From Tortispora ganteri (Eukaryota), in NCBI GenBank assembly GCA_003707115.1, contig PPNB01000027.1:1-64000 (forward strand): a stretch of DNA of 64,000 nt, read 5' to 3'. This document shows, one piece after another, positions 41,475-52,778 of the stretch. Made by a program: the position numbers and the translations under genes. Each line of letters begins with the position of its first letter. Positions within the stretch are counted from its first letter, which is position 1. Under the pieces are notes generated by a model, which had not been told where the DNA came from, searched no databases, and saw only the letters and a program-made list of their open reading frames with translations.

Positions 41475-44400
41475 ATGGTGGTATCCTCTCCCTCGTATGA
41501 GGGTTGGAACCCTCAGATCCTTATAGATAGCTCGAGTCTTTCATCTATATCTAAGAAGAGTCCGGTTAACATATCCTCTCCTTCTCGTAATACTGATATG
41601 CCCCCGACGAAAACGCGATCCAATTCGACCACTGATCAATCATGCAATGGCTCAGCACAGTCGCGTAGATCCATACCCACAAAACCAATGTTGATATCAG
41701 GAAATCTTGCGAATACTCCTACTCTTCCTTTCATAAAAGCAAAATATTCACTAGATCCCTCTACACTTCCCTCACGCGCGCAAGGCTCTTGTTTATCTTT
41801 CGAAACTGATGAAGTCATGCTTTTACACTCCATTCATCACACTGGATGGGCAGATGCAACTTCTATATCTACAGCTGCGCGTGGATGGATCCCTATAAAT
41901 TATTTTGATATATACAAAGCCCAAGCCATTCAGCCCTTGCTTGACTCCTTCCTCAATTTCATTGCATCCCCTCAATCTGCCCCAGCAGCTACTTCTGGAA
42001 AATACACATTCTCTACGCAAACAATCGGAAATGCCATAATCGCTGTGCGATCTCTATTGGAATCTACTGACTGTGTGTCTAGATCTTGTCATACTGTCTC
42101 AACATACCCTGCAATTAAAGCGTCTAGAAAATCGTTACTTGCGCAGCTAGCTACACTAGCTTCAACTGCTAAAGAGAACGCTGGTTCAACAAGTAGACTA
42201 ACTATACAGTCTCTGCTTACCGCCATGTTTGTATTAGTTGCCAAGGCTGCTCAGTTCTTATCTGTATATCACGCCACTATGAATCCTGATGGTGGTGAAA
42301 GCAGTGACCGCAATTCCGCTTCCTCTACTCTGCTTCTCGCTTCAGAGCTATCCGTGATACACTTCTATTGCTATCCTCCATCTGCTGTATCGCGCATGAA
42401 TGAGATCGGCCGCTGTGTTATACTAACTTTGGCTTATATCGTTCGTACACATGATCAGCAAACATTTCAAGATTTTAAATTGTCTTATTATGCTGGAATA
42501 ATTTGTTCTTTTGCCCAGGACATAGAAGCATTTAATAATCTGCTAATTGTTCGATGCAAAGATGTGTACGGATTCCCTAATTTCATATTGGAAAAACACG
42601 GTAGTATCGTTGTTGCCGCACTCAAAAAGCTTGCACACATTCTTTCCTTTTCAGTTTCAAACATTTCTGCTGCTCCTGAACTCGACGTTGTTGCCGAAAA
42701 CTACATATCAGTTGTTGATTATTTGGCAAAAGCTAGAACTACTTTAGAAAGATTCGGAGACTTCACATTATCCAAATCTTGCCACTATCGTGATTATACT
42801 CAACTATGCGAGAAGGATTACAGAATATCTAAGGATGATGCTGAATTGATTCTCAAGGAGCTTGTATCAGGTTATTATTCCAAATTACCTCGTTCTTGCA
42901 TTACTGAACAGGAACAAAACGTTACCGCTAAACCTTCTCTGGATACTATGGTACTGTACGATGACAATATTCATGATCAAGTTGGACAAGAATATTCACT
43001 TGATCCTTCTATTGTGTATACTCCGAAAGATCTGAAGAAATACCCGTCAAATAGGACCAGTCATAATTCTGAAGAGGACAACCGTTCTAGCAGTTCTGGG
43101 TTATCTCTGGATAGTATTGGTACGGGAAGTCTCTGGAATGAACGACCTTCTTCTTACAATGCCCTAGTCAGTCAGATCATTTTGGGAGCCGATGGTGAAA
43201 TTCTAGGTGCAACAATAGAAGCTTTGGTGTATAATTTGACCACTCCGCGATTTAATGAAGGCCAGACTGGATACAAAGAAATAGATTCTCTTCTAAGTAC
43301 ATTCAGGTTTTTCAGCACATCTGAGGAACTATTAGAAGCCTTGATAGCAAGATTTGACTCGCTTAAGTCAGTAACTGAAGGCACTAAATTTGGAATTCAA
43401 CAAAACGTTCTTAATATCATCGATAGATGGATGACACGTCATTGGTATCCAAATACAGATGATAAGTTATGTACTTTATTGAAGACTTTCTTTGACCAAG
43501 ATCACAAGAATTACGTTGTGCGCCGAAAGGTGACGGCTTTGGCTAGCCGTATAATTACTGGTGACGAATCTAAAGGGGAATCTAGCAGACTGGCAATGTG
43601 CCCATCCTCAAAAGCTAGTTTACAGGGCGGTCGTTCGCTCAGAGATATTGGAAACTCCATTTTGCGCGACCTAAAGGCATCTACGGGTATACCAGCGGGT
43701 AATGGCACCGTTTTGAAAGAGCTGTGCTCATGTAATGAACGGGAAGTTAGTCGCCAAATTACACTTACTGCGGAAGATTTATTTTCTGAGATCACTGCTG
43801 AGTCCTTACTGGGTCATGTTCTTAAATCCAAAGGAGGGCTATTCAAACCCAAAGAGGTAGAGAACATGATTTCATTTAGCAACAAATTGAGCGACCTTGT
43901 ATATGAGACGATACTGAGTGAGGAGAGGCCTAAAGACAGAACAAATATAGTGAGATTTTGGATAAAAGTTGCATCTGGATGCAGTGAGTTAAGAAACTTT
44001 GACTCTACTATGGCTATTGTGAATGCTCTACAAGGAACAGTTATTCGCCGGTTGAAGCAGACATGGGCAGGGGTTTCCCCGAAGGCACTTAGTATGCTTG
44101 CAGAAGTTTCAAAAATTACAGACATAAGAAACAACTTCAGCACATACAGAGGAGTTATTGCACAATGTAAAGCGCCGAGTGTTCCATACCTTGGAGTCTG
44201 CTTGGCTGACATAACCTTTTTGAACGAGACGATTAGAGACACGAGACAGATCGACAACACTGACGTTAGCTCAGCTTGTGTTACGAATTACAGCAAGTAC
44301 ATGAAGCTTCTCAGCAGTGCAAACAAGTTGCTTTCGTTACAAGGTAGATACGATTTCCAATGTCATTCTGGGGTTGAATCACTTGTACGAGTTGCCCTTG

Positions 44401-44477
44401 ATAAGACAGAAGCACCGAGTCTCAGTAGGGAAGAGACACTGTACCGCAAGTCATGCGTCCTTGAACCTCGAACATGA
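41475..44477 (+). CDS. Ras-family GEF with N-terminal SH3, REM and CDC25 domains (Bud5/Cdc25-like)
   Basis: SH3 CLSF...GWADA...RGWIPINY, REM GATIEALV..LT, RNFDSTMAI, RLKQTW, NFSTYR, VPYLGVCLADITF. Confidence 0.88.
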   Translation: MVVSSPSYEGWNPQILIDSSSLSSISKKSPVNISSPSRNTDMPPTKTRSNSTTDQSCNGSAQSRRSIPTKPMLISGNLANTPTLPFIKAKYSLDPSTLPSRAQGSCLSFETDEVMLLHSIHHTGWADATSISTAARGWIPINYFDIYKAQAIQPLLDSFLNFIASPQSAPAATSGKYTFSTQTIGNAIIAVRSLLESTDCVSRSCHTVSTYPAIKASRKSLLAQLATLASTAKENAGSTSRLTIQSLLTAMFVLVAKAAQFLSVYHATMNPDGGESSDRNSASSTLLLASELSVIHFYCYPPSAVSRMNEIGRCVILTLAYIVRTHDQQTFQDFKLSYYAGIICSFAQDIEAFNNLLIVRCKDVYGFPNFILEKHGSIVVAALKKLAHILSFSVSNISAAPELDVVAENYISVVDYLAKARTTLERFGDFTLSKSCHYRDYTQLCEKDYRISKDDAELILKELVSGYYSKLPRSCITEQEQNVTAKPSLDTMVLYDDNIHDQVGQEYSLDPSIVYTPKDLKKYPSNRTSHNSEEDNRSSSSGLSLDSIGTGSLWNERPSSYNALVSQIILGADGEILGATIEALVYNLTTPRFNEGQTGYKEIDSLLSTFRFFSTSEELLEALIARFDSLKSVTEGTKFGIQQNVLNIIDRWMTRHWYPNTDDKLCTLLKTFFDQDHKNYVVRRKVTALASRIITGDESKGESSRLAMCPSSKASLQGGRSLRDIGNSILRDLKASTGIPAGNGTVLKELCSCNEREVSRQITLTAEDLFSEITAESLLGHVLKSKGGLFKPKEVENMISFSNKLSDLVYETILSEERPKDRTNIVRFWIKVASGCSELRNFDSTMAIVNALQGTVIRRLKQTWAGVSPKALSMLAEVSKITDIRNNFSTYRGVIAQCKAPSVPYLGVCLADITFLNETIRDTRQIDNTDVSSACVTNYSKYMKLLSSANKLLSLQGRYDFQCHSGVESLVRVALDKTEAPSLSREETLYRKSCVLEPRT

Positions 44478-44678
44478 ACTATAGGTAGTCGAGTTACTGA
44501 GCGATTACATATTACAACAATGACATTTATTTATTTATTTTAGAGCAAATCATATTGGCCAGATAGGAATGAGAAATACAGCTAAAAGAGGTCCCTTCGT
44601 TGCTATGCATTGGATATAGCTAGCTACTTGGGGCTACTGCAAGCTTTGACCTGGCTTACTGTATCTACTTTCTACGCT

Positions 44679-45428
44679 ATGGAGCGATACAGGCCATCTG
44701 TTCCGACATATGGACTAAAAAGGGCCGAATCAGTAGATCCTAACTTTCATAACAGTACATTTCGGGCTAATTCTGTGGATAAGACGAACGATTCCAAAGG
44801 CTTTGGATCGGGGTTTGTTTCAAGGTTGCGAAATTACAAAAGCACGGCATCTCAAAAACTAAAAAGTGAACAAGATGGTCCAACAGAAGAAACTACTTTA
44901 GTACATTTAGCACTGCTGGATTTTTACGGTGATAGGCCACCGGAATGGCTTGTGCCAGGACAACAAGGTGCGTCGGAAAGACACGAATACCAACCGACGT
45001 ATATTCCTCAGGATCCGCTTTCACAACATCAACAGCCACCCACATCGCAGTTCAGTCATTTTTCGCCTAAATACCAGCAACAAAGGGTCCCGACTCCACA
45101 AACGAATATATACGCACAAAGGTCGCAGTCGGTCGCTCAGCAGGGCGCCGCTCCACCTAACATTTACGCGCAAAGGTCCATATCCGTGGCCACAGGCGCT
45201 GAAACTGGTCCGATGCCGCCCCCCTCTACAAGTCAAGAAAATTTCTCTACTAGACAGCTGGGTGCGAACCAGTATACAATCGAAAGACGTAGAACGGTCG
45301 ATGCGCCTGCCACACATGAGAGTGTTCGCAATCAAACACCTTCGCCTGCACTCTCACAGTCCAGTTCTGGCTCGCAGCGTATACGTGAAAGATTCAAAGC
45401 GCCGCGCGATCGTCTCACTCAATTTTGA
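44679..45428 (+). CDS. MSO1: Mso1-like Sec1-binding exocytosis protein
   Basis: SEQDGPTEETTLVHLALLDFY..RPPEWL resembles the Mso1 Sec1-binding region. First ATG at 44679. Confidence 0.65.
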   Translation: MERYRPSVPTYGLKRAESVDPNFHNSTFRANSVDKTNDSKGFGSGFVSRLRNYKSTASQKLKSEQDGPTEETTLVHLALLDFYGDRPPEWLVPGQQGASERHEYQPTYIPQDPLSQHQQPPTSQFSHFSPKYQQQRVPTPQTNIYAQRSQSVAQQGAAPPNIYAQRSISVATGAETGPMPPPSTSQENFSTRQLGANQYTIERRRTVDAPATHESVRNQTPSPALSQSSSGSQRIRERFKAPRDRLTQF

Positions 45429-45615
45429 AAGCGAATAACCATTGCATTAACTATGATTTTGAACTAACTAGTTTCTCACCTGTGGCAACAGGTTTGCCAA
45501 TACTTATGATCTCTGAGGCCGCCCGCATACGTAATGGGAAACTCCCACATGCTACTACCATTTTAGCCTTAATTACGCCTCTACAATCCACGTAATCTCT
45601 CAATTATCAAGGCCA

Positions 45616-47770
45616 ATGTCTAGTAAGGTAGCACTTTTATTCTCGAAATCAAAGGTACGTGACTCACTTAAATATTAAAATACAAATTACTAATAATCCA
45701 AAGGTTTACGTACATCCTACATCTTCTTCCAAAGACAACATTCCAGGGTTCTTGGCGATAGTCAGATCTACGACCGGTAGCGGTTCTATTTCTGATGCAA
45801 TTCTTATATCTTGGGTCCCAGAAGACTCTTTACTAGAAAAGAATGAAGTAGATAGCTACATAAAAGTTGATCTGCAAGATGCAGCTCCAGAACTAGGCCC
45901 TTCGATGGAGGAAGTCCTGGTGTCTAAACCCGCAGGCCATAGCATCTTATCTTACGCCTTCTCTATCCCTTTGACCGATGTCTACTCAGTATCGGTTAGA
46001 CCACCCTCTGTTGGTCTGTGGTACGGATCGATTATAATCCATTCTAAGCGCGAAGAAGATACTTACCCTGCACTTTTTTTTCACGACTCAGAGTCCAAGA
46101 GCACAATGCTAATTAAGCGCGCCAAATCGCAAGCATTCGAACCATTCGCTCAGGACAGTTCTGACACTGTAACTCACTCATTCTGGGGAGGCGACCAATT
46201 TCTCAAAGAACTTGGCAAGTATGCTACTATACAGAAGAGCACACTTGAACCTCAGATTTTTCTTGTCAATCCTTCGGGTGATGATTTGCTTTCATTCAGC
46301 CCTAAAGTCACCGAGAAGAATAACCAGTTCTCATTTATCTCTTTGGCTAACAAGCTCAAATGGAAAGCGCTTGAGAATTTGGCACGGTTGACACACACTT
46401 CCCGACAGGTTGCACTAGGAGCTTATGAGAATGCACCCGAATCTGTGAAACGATGGATCGCGACCCCAGAAGTGAAGAAAATCGGCGACGAGTTCGAGTC
46501 TGCAAGAGTTTACTTAGCCAAATGGGCTTTGAATTTAGCTGAAGAAGCTGAAAGAGAACGCCATAGACGCAAGCAGCTTATCCTGGACGACTCCCCTAAC
46601 CAATACTTGGAATCATCACTAGGCGGGTTTGAAATTGTCGACAGCGAGTCGCAATATAGCCGCCAAAAACCGGTAACAAAGGAAGAATGGCAGTCATTTT
46701 TTGACTCTGAGGGTTACCCGAAAGTGACAGTTTTGGAGATCAAGGACCGGTTGTTTCACGGCGGATTAGAACCAGAAGTTCGTCCTACAGCTTGGCTCTA
46801 TCTCCTTGATGTGGTTCCTTGGAACGTTTCCAACGAAGAACGGGAAGTTATTCTTGAGTCTAAGCGTGCGGAATACTTGCGATTGAAGCGAAAATGGTGG
46901 GAAGATACAGAAAGGCAGACTAATAATTTCCATTTTAAGGATCAGAAGAGCCGTATTGAAAAGGATGTGCAGCGCACAGACAGGAATATCGAGATGTTTG
47001 CGCCAGAAGATTATGAGCTTTCTGAAATGGAGACAAGCTTGACGCACACTCTTACTAATGCACATCTGGAGCAGCTCAAGACATTACTGATTACTTATAA
47101 TGAATATAATACCTCGTTGGGATACGTTCAAGGAATGAGTGACCTGCTTGCTCCTCTATATGCGACTATTCAAGACGATTCACTAACTTTTTGGGCCTTT
47201 GTTGGGTTCATGGAGCGAATGGAAAGGAATTTTTTGCGAAACCAAGAAGGTATGCGTGATCAATTGAAGACACTCGGTGATTTAGTTATGTTTATGGAGC
47301 CAACGCTCTTTGACCACCTCGAAGATGCAAACTCTACTAATCTATTTTTCTTTTTCAGAATGATACTAGTTTGGTTCAAACGCGAATTTGAATGGGAAGA
47401 TGTTTTACGATTATGGGAAGTGTTATGGACGGACTATTTGTCATCACAGTTCCATATATTTGTTGCTCTTGCTATTCTAGTGAAACACAAAACTGTTATC
47501 ATTGAGAACTTGCGACAGTTTGATGAGATTTTAAAATACATGAATGATCTTTCGAACAATATTAATCTGGATGAGACATTGAAGATGGCTGAATCGCTTT
47601 ACTATAGGTTTGCACGCACAGTGGAGATTGTTGATATACAGAATCGTGACCACGCCGAGGCAGATGACTACAATCCTATCGAAGTTTCGGACAATTTACG
47701 GAGTCTTTTGAAGAAGCAAATAATTACTGTCAAGGAGACAGATGATTACAGGACATACGGGGCTAACTAG
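45616..47770 (+). CDS. GYP7: Rab (Ypt7) GTPase-activating protein Gyp7; exons 45616-45654 and 45704-47770
   Basis: Spliced N-terminus VALLFSKSKVYVHPT..KDNIPGF, EFESARVYLAKWA, IEKDVQRTDR, GYVQGMSDL. Intron 45655-45703 (GTACGT, TACTAAT, AAG). Confidence 0.95.
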
Positions 47771-47898
47771 TAAGAGGGGATTTAATACATGTAATATGAT
47801 AGCAGGTTGTTGTAGTACCTCATTGTGTAACTACGATATCATAAAACACACCTTTCGATACAACCCTTTACGGACTGTCTGCATGCTGCTGTCCCCTA

Positions 47899-48903
47899 AT
47901 GGTACAGTTGCGCATTCCTTACACTAAATTTGATCATGTGGTAGTGAATAATCCTTTGAGTGTACAAACTGTTGAACAGGCTGCTCATTTGTTGACCGAA
48001 TTCCTTTCGAAAGGCAATGTCGCTGTACTAACGGGCGCTGGCATCTCAGTTGATTCTGGCCTCCCTGATTACCGCGGACCCCAGGGAACTTATACATTGA
48101 ATAGAGATTTTCGTCCGGTTTTGTACCAAGAATTTATAGGCAGTCACGAGTGGCGCAAGCGGTACTGGGCGCGTGCTTTTGCGGGGTACAAGTACCAACA
48201 TACTGTGCACCCCAACCGGGGCCACATCATCATAGGTGATCTTTACCGGACAGGATACGTAACAGGCGTTATTACTCAAAATGTTGATGGACTGCATAAA
48301 CACTCTATTCCTGACACTATTGAGCTGCACGGCACTCTTGCGTCTGTGGCTTGTCTCGACTGCAGCTATAAAATGCGACGCGATAAGTACCACAAGATCC
48401 TTTCAGAGATCAACCCTAGTTGGAAAAAACTGCTGGAATTGCCTGTCGAAGAAAGGCCTAAATTGAACCCGGATGGAGACATGGATCTTGGTTCGGGGTT
48501 CAGATATGATCTGTTTAATTACTTTGCTTGTCCTGCCTGCGTCACCGATCAAAGAGCATTGTCCGACCGTCATGGCACATGGATATCGAGTATGCACGGG
48601 AAACTTGGTGGGGTAATGAAGCCTGAAGTTGTGTTTTTTGGTGAAGGAGTGCCGAATGATAAGCGCCAAGCTGCAGAGAGTTTGGTAGACAAAACTGATC
48701 GTTTGCTAGTGGTAGCTACATCGCTGTCTACTTACTCCTCCTATCGTCTCATGAGAGAAGCAAAGGCAAAAGGTAAAGAAATAGCTTTAGTTAATTTGGG
48801 TCCCGTTAGAGGCGAGCTAGATATACTCGATAATAAAGATCTACGCTTGAACTTCAAGGTGCAAGATGTGCTGGAACTTGTTGCAACAAATATGAACATA
48901 TAA
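47899..48903 (+). CDS. NAD-dependent sirtuin, class II (SIRT4-like)
   Basis: TGAGISVDSGLPDYRG, RKRYWAR, TQNVDGLH, ELHG, NPDGD, KPEVVFFGE. Confidence 0.9.
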   Translation: MVQLRIPYTKFDHVVVNNPLSVQTVEQAAHLLTEFLSKGNVAVLTGAGISVDSGLPDYRGPQGTYTLNRDFRPVLYQEFIGSHEWRKRYWARAFAGYKYQHTVHPNRGHIIIGDLYRTGYVTGVITQNVDGLHKHSIPDTIELHGTLASVACLDCSYKMRRDKYHKILSEINPSWKKLLELPVEERPKLNPDGDMDLGSGFRYDLFNYFACPACVTDQRALSDRHGTWISSMHGKLGGVMKPEVVFFGEGVPNDKRQAAESLVDKTDRLLVVATSLSTYSSYRLMREAKAKGKEIALVNLGPVRGELDILDNKDLRLNFKVQDVLELVATNMNI

Positions 48904-48929
48904 CTAGCCCTACCCTAAGAAAAAGAGTT

Positions 48930-50669
48930 TTAGTAATGCTCCGGATTTTCAGGAGAATAATTCTCAATAGCGGAGATAAAAAGAGGCATTCCATTAGCCG
49001 GACGTGACGTGATCCTTGCATCGTACACAAGCTTATAATCATCAACAGGACCAAACTGGAATCTTGCGATCAGAGTTGCCAGCGTGATCTTGTATTCAGT
49101 CTCTGCAAAACGTTTTCCAATGCACATTCTTGGTCCTGCAAGAAACGGCATATAAGTTTGCGTCGAGTTTTTGCCCTTGATTAGCTGTTCTGTCCACCGG
49201 CTAGGTCGGAATTCATACGAATCTCTACCCCATATGGCCGGGTTCGTAGTTATACCAATTAACGGAACAATTACTTCTGTGTTCTTAGAGACATATATTC
49301 CTGAATCAAACACGTGGTCTTTCAATGCAATTCGCAGTGTTTGAGGCACCGACGGCAAGACTCTCATCTGCTCCAGCATCACCTGTTCCAGCTCTGTGAT
49401 GCTGTCTATAGCCTCTAGCATAGCTTCGTTTGAGATTGGTTCAGCGTCTGATTCTCTGAAAAGTTGCGGAAGCCTGTCGTAAATGCTTGCTCTCAATGAG
49501 GTCTGCACTTCTAGGTTCCGTGATAAGAGATAAAGCGTCCATAATAATGAGCTAGAGATAGTCTCATGCCCAGCAGCAAGGAATGCCATGAGGTTATTAA
49601 CCATCTCGTCAGTGGTGAAAGAGTGGCGGTTAGTCCGGAGAATGATTGAAACCAAGTCCTTATCATCACCCTGAGCGGTAACATTTTTTTCTTCTAGGTG
49701 CAGTTTTATCCTTCGCTGGTTGACAATATCCTCGATAAGTTTGATGATTTTAGCCCGGCTTTTTGATACTTGAGTTCTGCTATGTATTGGTATTTTCCAG
49801 CTGTAATAGAAAAAGCGTGACCAGAAAAATGTGAGGAATGCTGTCAGTGCGTCGAACCAGGACCGGGGAGGGACGAACAGCTGACGGTAGGCGTTGAACA
49901 TCTCGTTTCCAGGATCATGGAGCGCATCAAGATCTACACCTAGGCCGGCGTTGCAGATATTGTCGAAAGCGACGTTGTAAAAATCGTCCATTGCGTCGTA
50001 TTTGAGAATACCCTTTTCATCCGCACCGATTGATATCTTGTGATCCCAAAAGTCGACGAGCTCTTTGGCATTTTCCCAGAACTTTGGCGTTATATTTCTG
50101 ATGTGCTGCAGGGTAAACATAGGCATCATTATTTTTCGCAAATGCTGATGGTATGAGCCCTCTGAGAGAAACAGGCCGTTACCGAAACCTATGTTGAGGG
50201 TTTCGTGCACTTCAGACGGTTTGGGGAAAGAGTAAGAGTACTTAACAAGCAGTTCTTTGAGAGTCAGGGGATCAAACACCACTAGTCTTTCAGTCATAAG
50301 GGGACCGTAAAAAAGTGCTGCTTTTGCGTCTGGGTACTTTGCGAGGAACTCGGCATAGCGGTCTCTGCAATTTCCTGAGAGAAACATTTGGACGTGCCCT
50401 AGAAGGAAGGAGTAGTCGTCGAAGAGTAGCGGGTATTTTCCTCTGAACGGGCTGAACACAAATGGATAGACAAAGAGACAGAAGATAGTATATAAGAAGA
50501 AGAGCAAACCGTAAACCAGGGCGGTAACTGCTGCGAAAGAGAAGTTAGTGTCATACTTGACAGCTATAATTGTGCTCCAGTAGCCGACCAGCAGGCTTGC
50601 GAGTGCGAAATAAGGGATTTTGGATATGAAATGCGATCCTTGACTCATATTATAAGAATTTGAAGCCAT
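48930..50669 (-). CDS. Cytochrome P450 monooxygenase
   Basis: AAGHET I-helix, EQMR (ExxR), FRPSRW, heme motif FLAGPRMCIG, N-terminal TM segments. Start at 50669 or 50648. Confidence 0.93.
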   Translation of the reverse strand: MASNSYNMSQGSHFISKIPYFALASLLVGYWSTIIAVKYDTNFSFAAVTALVYGLLFFLYTIFCLFVYPFVFSPFRGKYPLLFDDYSFLLGHVQMFLSGNCRDRYAEFLAKYPDAKAALFYGPLMTERLVVFDPLTLKELLVKYSYSFPKPSEVHETLNIGFGNGLFLSEGSYHQHLRKIMMPMFTLQHIRNITPKFWENAKELVDFWDHKISIGADEKGILKYDAMDDFYNVAFDNICNAGLGVDLDALHDPGNEMFNAYRQLFVPPRSWFDALTAFLTFFWSRFFYYSWKIPIHSRTQVSKSRAKIIKLIEDIVNQRRIKLHLEEKNVTAQGDDKDLVSIILRTNRHSFTTDEMVNNLMAFLAAGHETISSSLLWTLYLLSRNLEVQTSLRASIYDRLPQLFRESDAEPISNEAMLEAIDSITELEQVMLEQMRVLPSVPQTLRIALKDHVFDSGIYVSKNTEVIVPLIGITTNPAIWGRDSYEFRPSRWTEQLIKGKNSTQTYMPFLAGPRMCIGKRFAETEYKITLATLIARFQFGPVDDYKLVYDARITSRPANGMPLFISAIENYSPENPEHY

Positions 50670-51036
50670 TACTAATAAAAGGGCTATGACGCAACATATA
50701 TATATCCTATGAAGTGTATTGATTCGGTTCACAAGCTTTTTACTTTTTACCCCGCGTTGTTAACAGAATGTGGAGATAGCATGGTCTGAATGTATACGAA
50801 AAGTTAAAGGCATTTTTTAACTTAATAGTATTTTTCTGAAAGATGAATTTTAAAGGATTGAAATTTATCTTATTGTGGAATATTTATCACGAGAGAATAT
50901 TGAGATCAAAGGCATTTTTAATTGTTTCCAGTAACGGGAAAATGATGATCCGGTGAACATGAACCCAAATTTGGGACAGGATTATATGCCTCACGCACCT
51001 TCGTCTGTACATCACTGCTTGACAACATACGCTATT

Positions 51037-52755
51037 ATGTCGCTTGAGCAGCAGTACAAAGATTTACTCGAGGCTCAAAAGAAAGGGAAATATATTCCGC
51101 GATCACGATTAGAATATTTTCAAAAGAAACTTGCAAAGACAGATACAACAGATGTGCAACAAGAAAAATGGAATCGATTAAAGAGTAATCTAACCGGTTA
51201 CATAAACAGAGTAGACAGGTTAAATATTACAGATATTGTCATGAATATATTTAAAGAGAATATAATAAGAGGAAAAGGAATTTATTGTGAGATAATAATG
51301 AAAGCACAACGAGAAATGGTCTCTTTGACCCCCGTATATGCATGTCTTACTGCTATTATCAATACACGGATCCCTGAAGTAGCAATACTTCTGATTCATA
51401 GGTTGCTGCTGGAATTCAAATCAAACGAACCAGGGTCAGCAGCAGTATTTTTAGCACATTTATACAATTATGCGATTGTTGAAGACTTGCTGATATTGGA
51501 CATGGCTAATTATTTGCTGTATAACAGATCTGACCAGTCCTTAGATGTGCTAATAGATCTTCTGTTGGCATCTGGAGCAGCCTTAGACAGCAATGCAAAG
51601 AGTCAGGTTAATTCGATATATGATAGATTACGTTTGATTTTAAATACAGATCAAAAATTGTCCAAGAAACTAAAGACTAGATTGCTTTCTCTTTTTGATG
51701 AGCGGAAATCAGAGTTTGTTAACCATCCTGCTATCGAGACCGAATTAGATCTTATCGAAGAGGACGACCAAATTCGCCACAAAATTCAGCTGAACGATTC
51801 CCTGGATTCTCATGAAGAACTTAATGCTTTTAAAACAGATCCTGATTTTGACGTCCACGAATCTGAGTATGGAAAATTGGTACATGAAATTATAGGTTCA
51901 CCAGAAGAAGACCACAATGAATCAGCCGTCTTGTCAGAATCAACTCCAGAAACAGAAAATCAAGAAGAGAAACAGAGATCAAATGATATTACAACAGAAC
52001 CTGCAAAGTCAGACATCATTGATATGACAGGCACACAGCTGACTAACTTTAAGAAATCTGTGTACCTGACAATGATGTCCAGTATTGATTTTGAAGAATG
52101 CTGTCATAAATTGTTGAGTTTAAAAATTCCAAAACAGTATGAATACGAACTAGTTAAAGTCATATTCGAGTCTTGCGCTCAGGAAAAAGTGTACTCGAAA
52201 TATTACGGCTTGATTGCTGAACGGTTCTGCCAACTAAGACGATCCTGGAGATCTCTTTTCGAGCAAGCTTTTCGCGAATACTATTCAGAGATTCATCGCT
52301 ATGATACAAATCAACTAAGGAATCTAGCTCGTATATTTGCATATATTTTAGCTACTGATGCACTTCCGTGGACGGTGATGACAGAGATTGAAATGTCTCC
52401 TGAAACTACAAATCCATCATCTCGCGTGTTTCTAAAGTTTTTGTTCCAGAATCTACAAGAAGAACTGGGAATGTCTGATCTGAACGCCAAATTCTACTCT
52501 GAGAAGCTTGCTCCTTATATGGGCGGTCTGATCCCTACCGATGATTTAGATAATCTTCGTTTCTCTATCAATTTTTTTACTGCCATAAATATGGGTCCAC
52601 TCACGGATACGATGCGGGAATTATTAGCTCAGATTGAGGCTGAAGAGAGAAATGAAATCAAACATTCCCCATCTAATGTTGAATCTCCTACCCCATCGCG
52701 ATCTGAGACCCCCGAAAACGCACCTCGAAAGCGTCGCCGATCACTATCTCCTTGA
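51037..52755 (+). CDS. CWC22: Pre-mRNA splicing factor Cwc22 (MIF4G and MA3 domains)
   Basis: GKYIP, ENIIRGKG, YLTMMSSIDFEECCHKLL, IHRYDTNQLRN, RFSINFFTAI. Confidence 0.95.
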   Translation: MSLEQQYKDLLEAQKKGKYIPRSRLEYFQKKLAKTDTTDVQQEKWNRLKSNLTGYINRVDRLNITDIVMNIFKENIIRGKGIYCEIIMKAQREMVSLTPVYACLTAIINTRIPEVAILLIHRLLLEFKSNEPGSAAVFLAHLYNYAIVEDLLILDMANYLLYNRSDQSLDVLIDLLLASGAALDSNAKSQVNSIYDRLRLILNTDQKLSKKLKTRLLSLFDERKSEFVNHPAIETELDLIEEDDQIRHKIQLNDSLDSHEELNAFKTDPDFDVHESEYGKLVHEIIGSPEEDHNESAVLSESTPETENQEEKQRSNDITTEPAKSDIIDMTGTQLTNFKKSVYLTMMSSIDFEECCHKLLSLKIPKQYEYELVKVIFESCAQEKVYSKYYGLIAERFCQLRRSWRSLFEQAFREYYSEIHRYDTNQLRNLARIFAYILATDALPWTVMTEIEMSPETTNPSSRVFLKFLFQNLQEELGMSDLNAKFYSEKLAPYMGGLIPTDDLDNLRFSINFFTAINMGPLTDTMRELLAQIEAEERNEIKHSPSNVESPTPSRSETPENAPRKRRRSLSP

Positions 52756-52778
52756 GGATATACAGGAGCATCTTTAAT

